IMG/VR virus record: IMGVR_UViG_3300027896_000041
Span: 1-61,128 of that record
Source of the DNA: a virus
Taxonomy: Duplodnaviria; Caudoviricetes
DNA length: 61,128 nt
Direction: 5' to 3' (one strand)
Positions within the stretch are counted from its first letter, which is position 1. Each line of letters starts with the position of its first letter. This document shows positions 18,518 to 28,176 of this stretch, piece after piece. Both the position numbers and the translations under genes were made by a program. The notes beneath the pieces were generated by a model. The model saw only the letters and a program-made list of their open reading frames with translations. It searched no databases and was not told where the DNA came from.

Positions 18518-18551
18518 AAATCCAGTATCCTTTCCGATAGACGAAGGAAGC
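18477..18551 (-). tRNA. tRNA-Glu(UUC)
   Basis: GCTTCCT/AGGAAGC, CTGGA-TTTTCAA-TCCAG, G73-CCA. Confidence 0.95.
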
Positions 18552-18608
18552 TTCGCAATTTGACTATTAATCAACCCCTAATACACACTATACAATATGT
18601 ATATGTGA

Positions 18609-20281
18609 CTACCTTTTATTTATTCTTTTCTTTTTAGATACTATCTTCTTTTCTTTTTTGAACTCAACCCAACACTTATCACATAGGGCATATATCCAAG
18701 TACCAAGCGTTTTAGCTCCATGTCTATATCCACCACACTTTTCACAAGTGCAATAACTTTGACACTCTGCAAAATGCTTAATACAATGAACCATTTTACA
18801 AATTATCACTTTTATCTTTTTAGGCAATGGATAACCATATTGTGGTTGATTGATATATATTCTCAAACCGCCAAGCTTTTCTTTAACCTGAAAGAATGTG
18901 TATAATGCCTCAAAATGTTGATTGATAAATCTAAGCTGTAGACATGCATCAGCTATTAATTCATACCAACCTGCATCACAACATATACCATCACACATCC
19001 TAGTTTCAGAACCCGGTTTTTTGCGGTCTTGAAATAGCTCAGGATACTTTCTATAAAGCTTAGCCTGTAACTTTTTTTGCATCTGGGTTCTCCACTTCTC
19101 CACTTTCATTCACTGTAAGAATCAGATGACCTTCATCAAGAATATCATTATCCTTACTCGTAAAGCACACTGAATCAACTGCAAAATATTCATCTTGCGA
19201 TTTAAGAAAAACAGTTACATTATCCTGTCGTCTCTCACTATTCAATCTTTGAATCATATTCTGCAATGCCTGCCACGTCAGCTTCTTATTAGTTTTGAGC
19301 GAAGCTGCTTTACTATCTGTAATAACTTTCTTAGCAAAAATAGGGGCGGTATTTGATCTTTCTATAGGTGTTTCCATCATGATTTTCTTTCCTTAATTAT
19401 TTTACGATGTTCTTTGCAATGATCAGCACAACAATAATCCCTAGTGCTCATTACTGTACATCCAGGTAGTCCACACTTATATTCTTTCTTAGGAGCTCGT
19501 TGAGGCATGAATTGCTTGAATATATCACTAGCAGCTTCTACATCAGCTTTAACAGCACTTCCATCAATTAAAGATTCTAGCGGTATACCTCTTTTCTCGC
19601 AGAATTCTACCAGAGTCTTCATAAGAAGATCACTTTTACCACTTCTATTTCCACCAGTAGCAAGTATTTTTTGTTTTGTACCAATAGCATGACCCTCGGG
19701 TGATATTACTTCAGATTTCGTCTGTTCCATTTTTTTCAAATTCCTTTAAACTAGCTTCATCTTTAACTTTCCAACGTTTAGCACCTCGAGTCTTATGTGG
19801 CTTGCACAAAGGACATGATCGAAGTTTCTTCTTATATCGCTTTCTCATTCAGATTTACACCCTATTAAATCACTGATACCATATTGATTATCTTTACATT
19901 TATGAATATCAGTCATAGATACCGGTGGTTGATTTTCAACATATATTCTATGAATTGCATTAATTAAATTTTCATGTTCTGCTCCACAACCAGATTCAGT
20001 ATTAGAAAATTTTTTATTGCACAATCGGCATTTGTAAATATAAAATGTGGTTGTAGGGTTGCTCATGTTGTAAACTTCTTCAATAACTTTTTATGCTCAT
20101 CTGATAATGTATTACTCGAATGGGGTACTCCACCGAGTTCTAGATACTCTCTAGTATATGTATCAGTTTCGATCTTATCTTCACTAATTTCTTTTAAGTG
20201 TTTAATAGTTCTTTTATACTTAATTAGTGACATATCACTTAAATTTAAAGTAACCGTAATATCTTGAAATAAATCAGCCAT
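18609..20281 (-). CDS. Cluster of small hypotheticals (18609-19082 with QVKEKLGGLRIY/CEKCG motif, 19060-19380, 19377-19730, 19845-20066, 20063-20281)
   Basis: Overlapping minus-strand ORFs. Confidence 0.55.
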
Positions 20282-21077
20282 TTTTTATAACTCCAAACTT
20301 TTTCATGATTTCAATATTTTTATCTCGTACCTGGAAAAAATTATTAAGTGACTCACCTGCTGATGTTTCTATTCTACCAGATTTATCTGCATCTCCACCA
20401 AAAATATTTTCAGTGGGGTTATCATTGTCCTCTTCATTCTCTTCTTCTCTAAGAGACTTTCCTTTGGACAAGAAATATTCTTTCCTTGCCTTTTCTTTCT
20501 CAGTCATTTTAGCTTCGATGACAGAAAAAGGAACGGGATAATATCCCCAGCTATCAATACCGACATCACATTGTAATCGTTCTATTGATTCTGGAAAACG
20601 TCCGTGACAATGCCCATGCAAATTCCAACTACCATGGCAACTAGAAAACCACGTTGAATAAGGACAATGAGAAAGCATCATTCTATGATTTCGAATTTGA
20701 GTATAATAAGAAAATTGATAATGAGCATTTCCAATTTTAGAAAATAATCTTAGAGATTCTTCTGGCATTTTATCATGATTGCCACGAATAAGATGCTTAG
20801 AACCATTTAATTGCATAATATAGCTACTATGATTTTTCCAGCACAAGTCGCCCAAGATCCATACTTCGTCTTTCTTACCAATAACAGAATTCCAATTATT
20901 TATTAAATCCCTATTCATAGATTCTAAATTAACTGTTTCTGGATTATTAAACTTAAAATGTATTGGTTTAGAAGGATCAAAATTTGGATTAGGAACGATC
21001 CAAGGCATCCTCCTACAATGAAGCGCCACATTAAAATGTGCTAAATGTAAGTCAGCGGTGAAGAAGATTTCACTCAT
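20274..21077 (-). CDS. Calcineurin-like metallophosphoesterase
   Basis: FTADLH, ILGD, IRGNHD, LSH.P, LHGHCH motifs. Confidence 0.9.
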   Translation of the reverse strand: MSEIFFTADLHLAHFNVALHCRRMPWIVPNPNFDPSKPIHFKFNNPETVNLESMNRDLINNWNSVIGKKDEVWILGDLCWKNHSSYIMQLNGSKHLIRGNHDKMPEESLRLFSKIGNAHYQFSYYTQIRNHRMMLSHCPYSTWFSSCHGSWNLHGHCHGRFPESIERLQCDVGIDSWGYYPVPFSVIEAKMTEKEKARKEYFLSKGKSLREEENEEDNDNPTENIFGGDADKSGRIETSAGESLNNFFQVRDKNIEIMKKFGVIKNG

Positions 21078-21087
21078 ATACTTCCTT

Positions 21088-22056
21088 TCAACGTTTCCAT
21101 CTTTCTCCATTTTCATACAACAGAATAAGATTCAAACATGTTTTTTGTTCTTTCCACTTTTGATTAAAACTTTTAATTTTTGAAAATAAATAATCTAAAG
21201 ATATACATTCCTCTGGTAGATCATTTTTCCAGTGTCGAGCAACATTCTGAACAGATGTTATTAAACGGCAATTAACAGGATGCCGCACAATTTCTGCAAA
21301 AACTCTAGCATCAAAACCCTTTCTTCTAGAGTATATATGATCTCGTACAAGACCACCACCATTTTTTCTACTGAAAGATCCTTTTTTCTCTAATAAAATT
21401 TTCTCTTCTTCTGAATAAAATTTACGAACGTTTCTAGAAAAACTTGCTCTTTCATTATATATTTCCCAATCGTCTTTTAAATTTTCCGGAACCCATTTTC
21501 CGGTATTTTCCATATGAATTCTCTGACATTTTTTATTACAAAAATTGTCACGACTCAAATGAATTTTAAATCTTGTGGTTTTTACACCGCAAACAGGGCA
21601 CTCAACTTCAACTTTTTCACCTATATTATTTTCTATCTTCCATTGTTTTCTGCAATCTTCACCGCAAAATATTGATAACTCTTTTCTGAAAGAATCTTCA
21701 AAGAGTGGTTTATTACACATTTTACAATAGATGGGACTAGTATTGTTTTTAAACCACTCATCTTTACAACTATCACAGCAAAACTGTCTTCTATCTAAAT
21801 ATGTTTTATATTGATAAAATTGAGAATTACAATTTAAACAATGTACTGCTTCTTTTCTTTCATTCTTTTTATATAAATGAAAATGCTCAGAGCAACAAAA
21901 ATTTAATTTACCAACCCAAGAAATAGGTCTATAAATTTCTTTATTGCAATGTTCACAATAAACTTTAATTTTTATCTTTTTTGAATTATGACCCTGAATA
22001 TATCTAATAGTGGTACTAGATACCTCTTCTCCGCAACCACATTCACACAGTTTCAT
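21088..22056 (-). CDS. Putative HNH homing endonuclease with tandem Zn-finger repeats
   Basis: CECGCG start, four CxxC...FC..C repeats, RDHIYS...HPVNCRLI...N. Confidence 0.75.
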   Translation of the reverse strand: MKLCECGCGEEVSSTTIRYIQGHNSKKIKIKVYCEHCNKEIYRPISWVGKLNFCCSEHFHLYKKNERKEAVHCLNCNSQFYQYKTYLDRRQFCCDSCKDEWFKNNTSPIYCKMCNKPLFEDSFRKELSIFCGEDCRKQWKIENNIGEKVEVECPVCGVKTTRFKIHLSRDNFCNKKCQRIHMENTGKWVPENLKDDWEIYNERASFSRNVRKFYSEEEKILLEKKGSFSRKNGGGLVRDHIYSRRKGFDARVFAEIVRHPVNCRLITSVQNVARHWKNDLPEECISLDYLFSKIKSFNQKWKEQKTCLNLILLYENGERWKR

Positions 22057-22076
22057 AAAATTCCTTTAAAAATTTA

Positions 22077-22150
22077 CGAGTATCCTAAACCAGACTAGAC
22101 GATGGGCAATTGTGTATGTCCAAATGGATTTGAACCAATGTTTGCTCCAG
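22077..22150 (-). pseudogene. tRNA halves in permuted order (3' half 22150-22114, then 5' half 22108-22077)
   Basis: TGGAG-CAAAC-ATTGG-TTCAAAT-CCATT-TGGACA precedes TGCCCA-TC-GTCT-AGTCTGGTTTA-GGAT-A-CTCG. Confidence 0.6.
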
Positions 22151-22160
22151 ATTACGAAAT

Positions 22161-22249
22161 TGGTAGCAGAGGGTAGAATCGAACTACCGAAGGCGATTGA
22201 GCCAATTCCAGTTTATGAGGCTGGTGAGATACCACTTCTCGACCCTGCT
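22161..22249 (-). tRNA. tRNA-Met(CAU), initiator-like D-arm, atypical long variable region
   Basis: AGCAGGG/CTCTGCT acceptor, GAGA/TCTC D-stem, CTCATAA loop, 19-nt variable region with GGC/GCC stem, GGTAG/CTACC T-stem, CCA. Confidence 0.85.
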
Positions 22250-22377
22250 ATTTTTAATACTTTAATTTATTCATTTTGTTTCTGATAACATCACTCTTAT
22301 ATAAGTATAAGACACCTTCTTTTTAGATATGATAATCAACTAATCAAGATCTTAATAGAAGTATTTTTTCTTTAATC

Positions 22378-22968
22378 TTAGAAAATCTTCAAAAACAAAT
22401 CTTTTACACTAGTATACATATCATCATAATCTTCACTATTATTCAATATAACATGATCACACATTAAAAATTTCTTCTCAGCTGGAATTTGTTGTCCATC
22501 AAAAAATTCAATATGCTTAACACTTTTGAATTTTCTCTTTTCTATTAATCTTAATTTTCTAATAGTGTTATCAGTATAGACATATACTGTCTTATCAAAT
22601 AAATTCTGCATATTACATTCAAATAAAAGTGGAACTAAAACGATTAAATGTTTGTTTTGACTTTTACTTGTAATAATAATTTCTGTAGTTTTATTTATAA
22701 TAGCAGGATGCATAATATTATCAAGAACTCTGATAAATCCAGGATTAGTATATAAATGTCGAACTAATTTTTTTCTACTAAAACTATTATCACGTTCCCT
22801 AAATGATTTTCCTAAAGCACTCTCTATCATCTTAATATAATCTATATTGTTCTGAAGATCTCTAGAAATATCATCACAATCAATAATAGGCACTCTAAAA
22901 GATTGATTAAGATAATTTCCTATTAGACTCTTTCCAGATCCAATTAAACCAGTAATTCCAACAATCAT
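22378..22968 (-). CDS. coaE: Dephospho-CoA kinase
   Basis: IVGITGLIGSGKS, IIDCD, HPAI, VPLLFE, D.VILNN. Confidence 0.88.
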   Translation of the reverse strand: MIVGITGLIGSGKSLIGNYLNQSFRVPIIDCDDISRDLQNNIDYIKMIESALGKSFRERDNSFSRKKLVRHLYTNPGFIRVLDNIMHPAIINKTTEIIITSKSQNKHLIVLVPLLFECNMQNLFDKTVYVYTDNTIRKLRLIEKRKFKSVKHIEFFDGQQIPAEKKFLMCDHVILNNSEDYDDMYTSVKDLFLKIF

Positions 22969-23372
22969 CTCTGTCCTACCTCCTCAAGATATTCTCTAGT
23001 TTGTTCAACTGTCAACACTCTTCTTTTAATTCCTGATGGCAGCTCAATCACAGGTATTGAAAAGGCACCCTTGAAAATCAAATTACTTAATTCACCACCA
23101 ACTCCTGCTGGTATACTTCCATCTGGTAAAGCTCTAAATGCAAGTGCATCGCAAGTCTTAACCAAATCATAAAAATAATTCATTACATTATAATTAGCTT
23201 TTAGAAATGGATTATTTTCACTTTTTTTCTTTAACTCAGCAACAGCTTTTTGATGTTTAGGTTCATTAGGATTAACTACGTCGAATCCCAACAACTTCAA
23301 TGTTTCAATATCTCTCTGTTCCTGCGGTGTATTATAAATAGCTTGGCAATGTGCATAATAAATCTTTTTCAT
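22965..23372 (-). CDS. Nucleoside 2-deoxyribosyltransferase-fold protein
   Basis: KIYYAH...VVNP...CDAL.F...GV..E pattern. Confidence 0.55.
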   Translation of the reverse strand: MKKIYYAHCQAIYNTPQEQRDIETLKLLGFDVVNPNEPKHQKAVAELKKKSENNPFLKANYNVMNYFYDLVKTCDALAFRALPDGSIPAGVGGELSNLIFKGAFSIPVIELPSGIKRRVLTVEQTREYLEEVGQR

Positions 23373-23485
23373 AAATTCCCTATTTTCTTTTTGATAGAAT
23401 CTAAAACTAACGATTTAATAAATTTCAATTTATCTTTAATTTTCATTGGGACAAATGATTCTTTAGGAACTAACATAAAACTCCT

Positions 23486-24373
23486 TTAAATTCCGCCACC
23501 AAATAATGATATCTTCACAGCAGAAATAGCTTTTGCTAAATGTGAAGATTCAACATCAACACCAGCATCCTTGATCATATTCATAGAAGTAGTTTTTAAA
23601 TCTGAAGATTTTGAAGTTCTTTTCACATCTTTTTCTATAGCATTCTTAATTCTTTTATACGTATTAGGATGGGTACTCATCAATTCTAAAAATGCTGAAA
23701 ATGCTTTCACTGCTATACTATCAGTTTTAGTAGGATCTGGTTCATTATCATCGGATCCACCAGACTTCTTAGATTCTGCGTTTATATATTTTATAAGTTT
23801 TCTAAATGCAGAAGCTAAAGATTTTCCATATCCCTGTTTAGCTGCATAACTATCAGCGGCGTATTCATAAAATCTAGAAATCGGTAAAGACGTAACAGTT
23901 GAAATTAAAAAAGAAGTCATAAAATATAACATAACTCCCATTTCGGGCTCGTACTTCATAATATGTCTAGCTAGAATAAGGCCCATATGATTCCCTGATA
24001 CATCCGCAATATCTCTCAATAGGAATCCTATTTTTTCATGTGCGTGCCCAACTTCATGAAGAACAATTGCTATCTGTTCAGATTCATTTAATTTTAAATG
24101 TTTAATCATTCCGCTTGTGATATAAACATTTCTTTTTTCATCACAAAATGCATTAACCATATCGACCTTTAAAATAAAAACAACAAATGGCTCACCAACA
24201 ATATCTGATATTTTCTTAGTTAAATTTTTATCTACCTTAGCATTTTGAACCATCAATGACACTGCCACTTTTCCAATTGCCCAGAAAATACACTGAATCA
24301 ATATTGTCCAGTATATAGAAGTTAGATCAAAGATATTTGCTAAGAATTTTGTAACTCGAGGAGAAATTTTCAT
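23486..24373 (-). CDS. M48/HtpX-family zinc metallopeptidase
   Basis: NAF, LHEVGH, EYAAD, STHP...RI; TM segments. Confidence 0.88.
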   Translation of the reverse strand: MKISPRVTKFLANIFDLTSIYWTILIQCIFWAIGKVAVSLMVQNAKVDKNLTKKISDIVGEPFVVFILKVDMVNAFCDEKRNVYITSGMIKHLKLNESEQIAIVLHEVGHAHEKIGFLLRDIADVSGNHMGLILARHIMKYEPEMGVMLYFMTSFLISTVTSLPISRFYEYAADSYAAKQGYGKSLASAFRKLIKYINAESKKSGGSDDNEPDPTKTDSIAVKAFSAFLELMSTHPNTYKRIKNAIEKDVKRTSKSSDLKTTSMNMIKDAGVDVESSHLAKAISAVKISLFGGGI

Positions 24374-24906
24374 TAAAATTTTAAACCGGTATTAAGTTGA
24401 TGTTTTTTGATTTTATTGATTTTTTGTTTTATCTGTTCAATTCTTGCATCAATATTCTTTGAATTTTTTGGAGTTCTTAATTCTTTTAATCTATTAATAG
24501 TTTTGATACAAGCTTGGATTTTATAATAGTATATACATTGATGACGGGCTGTTTGGTTTATAATCTTAGAGCACTGAGGTAATTTTAATCTAAGATAAAT
24601 TCTATAAACAGCATTAGATAATGTAGTAATAGCAGCTAAAGTAAGAACCGCCCCAACAAACATCCCCTTTTTTGTTTTTCCAAATGCTTTTAATTCTTCT
24701 GCGGTTGGAAGGATTTTTGTTGGTGCTGGGGGGGTTCTATTCCGTTCCATTTCTGCATTTATACGATCCAGTCTCCTCTGTTTTAAATCGTAGTCAATTT
24801 CTTCAGCTTCTTTTAGAACTCGTTGATTGCAAAGAGCGGATTGAATTAAACAATCTACTCTCATATCTGTCAACTGAGTTAAAATATTTTCATGTATACT
24901 TTTCAT
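24373..24906 (-). CDS. Hypothetical membrane-anchored protein
   Basis: One TM helix, basic Cys-containing C-terminus. Confidence 0.55.
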   Translation of the reverse strand: MKSIHENILTQLTDMRVDCLIQSALCNQRVLKEAEEIDYDLKQRRLDRINAEMERNRTPPAPTKILPTAEELKAFGKTKKGMFVGAVLTLAAITTLSNAVYRIYLRLKLPQCSKIINQTARHQCIYYYKIQACIKTINRLKELRTPKNSKNIDARIEQIKQKINKIKKHQLNTGLKF

Positions 24907-24946
24907 ATATTTTTGTTCTGTTTAATTTATTTATTTGGTGAAAGAC

Positions 24947-25042
24947 ACCCTACGACCAGATAGTATAAGAAAGGTTGTTAAGTATAGTTCACTAATGGAA
25001 CTTTACAACGCTTTAATATAATATTCTATCCAGTCGCAGGGT
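24947..25042 (-). ncRNA. Orphan rod-shaped RNA candidate C, downstream of tRNA-Gln
   Basis: 17-bp ACCCTGCGACTGGATAG/CTATCTGGTCGTAGGGT with three G.U pairs (strand-specific), AU-rich bubble, AAAG-GTTGT/ACAAC-CTTT and AGTTC/GAACT stems. Confidence 0.6.
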
Positions 25043-25055
25043 CAAAACTTTCTAA

Positions 25056-25130
25056 TGGTTGTCCAGTTGGGACTCGAACCCAAACTGAGAACGTCAAAGG
25101 TTCTTGTGCTGCCAATTACACCACCGGACA
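25056..25130 (-). tRNA. tRNA-Gln(UUG)
   Basis: TGTCCGG/CTGGACA, AGAAC-CTTTGAC-GTTCT, CCA. Confidence 0.93.
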
Positions 25131-25138
25131 TCATTTAA

Positions 25139-26197
25139 TTAAGCAGCAACTTCAGTAGCCTTAAATGAGAAATTCAAATCATTCTCTTTAATCTCTGCGA
25201 AAAGAGAATTAATTTTGCTGCTCTGTATGGTCTGCTTTTCTACAGTACCATATTTTTTATTCATGAATTCTTTGCCAGCAGCTGTTGCGCCCTCAGCAAT
25301 AGCAATACCATCTTTGGGAAACTCGGTTACGATCACATCTTTGACTTCATCTTTTGACATAACTAATCACTCCTTTTTGTTAATCTAGCAGTTCGGGATA
25401 TTCTTTACAATCTTTTATTTCTGCATCAATGCTGTTTGTATTAATTACTTCCGCTGCAGCATCTTTAATTTTTTCTTTTATATCTTCAATATATTCTGAA
25501 TCATCTCTTCTAGATTCATCTATTACAATATCATATTGATCAAGATCAATACATATAGAAAATACAACTGTTGCTTGTGCCATCTTATCCTCTTCTTATA
25601 ATTTCAGTTAATTCATTAAACTGATCTCTACCATCCTTCCAAAATTCATCTTGTCGATCATTCAATGATTCTTCCTGTTCTATTCCCCATAATTTTTTAC
25701 AAACCCTAGAACAAAATCTTTGATAATCATTGTATACTTCATCCTCTTTTATATAGATCATAGGTCGAAAACTATTCCCACAATAAGGACAAATAATAGT
25801 TGCGCCTTTTAATCTCATCTTAGTAGGATAAGTAGAAAACGCGCTAGGATGTATTAAAAATACTTGATCTTTATATACATGATCTTTAATTATTACCATA
25901 CTAGATGATGTCACATCAACCCCCAGTCACCATCACATTCATATTTTCAATATTAAACATATTTCGCTTATTAGATGTTGGCGGCCATTTTGAAAATTCA
26001 ACTTCCTCTAATCCTTCTTCTGGATCAGAAAATTTTGAATTATATAACATATGCTGCTTCTCACCATTTTCAAAGGTAATTCTTAAAGCAGTATAGTTGC
26101 AATTGTGTGGGTCTGGAACACAATCAATTCTTTTTATTTTTCCACCACCAAGATAATCTATTACTGCTTTTTTCAGTTTATCTCTATCAACACTCAT
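25139..26197 (-). CDS. Four small hypotheticals (25139-25360, 25380-25583, 25585-25914 Zn-finger, 25916-26197)
   Basis: Abutting ORFs with RBSs. Confidence 0.55.
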
Positions 26198-26637
26198 AAC
26201 TTTCCGTAAGTCTCCAATCTATACATCTGGTCTGATGCTAGTTTATGCAAATCTAATTGTGTTGCATTACTTATCAAAGCATATGAATTCAATTTCATCC
26301 ACGCGAAAGGAAATATTATTGCCTTTGGAATCAATCGTTTCATATTGTTTCTTCCTGACTCATTCAAACTATGAATAATTACAATTTCAGGTTCTTTTTC
26401 TGGATTAGAATTTATCCATCGAGCAACCGCAGATCCAGTATTTTCTTCTGTTTCTGCAACATGTACTGCTCCACCAAGATCATGATCCAAGAAAAGAACA
26501 GTCCACTTTTCATTGTTCAAATAGTTAATAGCATGAATTGCTTCTTTTACTATAACCACTTCAGTTTGTTCAGAACAAAAGTTTCTTTGAAATGTGCTAT
26601 TTCTATTATCATCATCTTCTAATATTAATATTCTCAT
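26194..26637 (-). CDS. Cyclic-phosphate-processing receiver (Rec-like) domain protein
   Basis: MRILILEDD..R, LFLDHDLGG, TG..VA.WI, IIHSLN..G...M. Confidence 0.75.
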   Translation of the reverse strand: MRILILEDDDNRNSTFQRNFCSEQTEVVIVKEAIHAINYLNNEKWTVLFLDHDLGGAVHVAETEENTGSAVARWINSNPEKEPEIVIIHSLNESGRNNMKRLIPKAIIFPFAWMKLNSYALISNATQLDLHKLASDQMYRLETYGKL

Positions 26638-27342
26638 TTCACTAGATCTATACAAAAATTAATTTCATCCGTCACCGACTTATCACCGTTGATACTTTCA
26701 CCAATTTCTATTGCGGCATTTTCAACTTCTTGAGCATTAGTATTAAACCAATTAATACACTGATCAATAGTTGGATTTTTAGGACCACCAAGATTATCAG
26801 AGGCAATAACTGCTAACTGCTGATATTTATCTTTTAGTGGATCATCACTGCACTTGCATCTTAAATCATAAATTGAAGTAACTTTCTTAAAACCATTATT
26901 AACTTTCTTTGGTTTCGGCATACAGTCTTTCCTCTTCTTTTGTACAAAGTTCTATTTGAATTATTCCATTCTTAGAAATCCTATACGGATCATCTGATGT
27001 AATTATAATTCTACTATCATTATTCAATTGTGTAATTTTATTTTTAATCGCAGTATATAGATCATAAGAAACTTTGAAATCTTCATTAACCTTATCATTT
27101 CTTATACCATATGAAGCTTTATCAGTCAAATCAAACAATTCATCTTTTATTGTGTGTATTGCTGTTTCTACTTCTGAGCTATGAAAATTTTGAATATTAT
27201 TCTTAAATTGTTCAATCTTGGAGAAACCAAGATCAGACAATACAGTTTCTAACTGACCAATACCCAGTCTAGTATACGATTCCAAAGCTTCATGCAGAAT
27301 CCTTAATTGGTTTTCATTTACTATCATCTTATACAGTTTCAC
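26634..27342 (-). CDS. Two hypothetical genes (26634-26921, 26899-27342)
   Basis: ORFs in an operon-like string. Confidence 0.55.
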
Positions 27343-27357
27343 TTCCCCGATCTCCCT

Positions 27358-28164
27358 TTATATAGCATACTTAAAAAACATCATATCCAAATCTTTCAAT
27401 GCTGATTTATCATTATCTCTATTACCTTTAAATTTATCTAAAGTGACATTCTTTATTTTATCTATTTCTCTATAGATCAAACCATTTAGAATAACATTCT
27501 TTGGTTCTCGACCCAGTTCAGCGCCATTGATTTTGTCGCTTAATAGTTTAAACATTTGAGCATTTTCTTCATTATTAAAACAAGAACTAAGCATACAAAT
27601 TAAATCTTGAAATTTAACTGGTATTGGTTCTGAATATTTTTCGATCCAGATACATGCCAACAAAGTTCGAAGAATATAAATATACTTCTTAGTCCAAACA
27701 ATGTTTTTATCTTTTAAATATTCATTAATATTTCTATTTGTCATATGATAATAATGATACAGAGCTTGACTTCTTGAATATAACTTGTTAGTCAAATTTC
27801 TTATTTCTATATAAAATTCTGTGTTCTTTTTATATATGAGTGGTGTATTCAACCACTCAATTAGCGGGCAATTACTCTTATACAAAAGATACAATGCTTT
27901 ACTAAGATCCCAACCATTAATGTCTAGATTAGTTTCTTCTTCAAGAGGGTATTCAATACAATCCCTCATATCAACATTATTCATTCTACTAACTGACATA
28001 TACCAAGGTAATGAATGAGTATAGATAAATCTCACATCCCAATCACTATCTTTTGATTCAAAACCCCAAGTACGACTACCTGACTCGCATGCATACAAAA
28101 TCTTTATATCATGTTCTTTTTCAATATCCTTTAGACGAGACAAAATAACTTCCTTCACAAACAA
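27358..28164 (-). CDS. DNA pol-beta-superfamily nucleotidyltransferase (YcgL/RlaP-like)
   Basis: ACESGSR.WGFES.DSDWDVRFIY, DINGWDL.KAL.L, KKY.Y.LR. Confidence 0.88.
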   Translation of the reverse strand: MFVKEVILSRLKDIEKEHDIKILYACESGSRTWGFESKDSDWDVRFIYTHSLPWYMSVSRMNNVDMRDCIEYPLEEETNLDINGWDLSKALYLLYKSNCPLIEWLNTPLIYKKNTEFYIEIRNLTNKLYSRSQALYHYYHMTNRNINEYLKDKNIVWTKKYIYILRTLLACIWIEKYSEPIPVKFQDLICMLSSCFNNEENAQMFKLLSDKINGAELGREPKNVILNGLIYREIDKIKNVTLDKFKGNRDNDKSALKDLDMMFFKYAI

Positions 28165-28176
28165 AAACTCCTTTAA

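Noticed and set aside
19377-19739. Terminase or ATPase based on GGNRSGKS
   Set aside because: An isolated Walker-A-like motif in a ~120-aa ORF with no Walker B; at most a fragment
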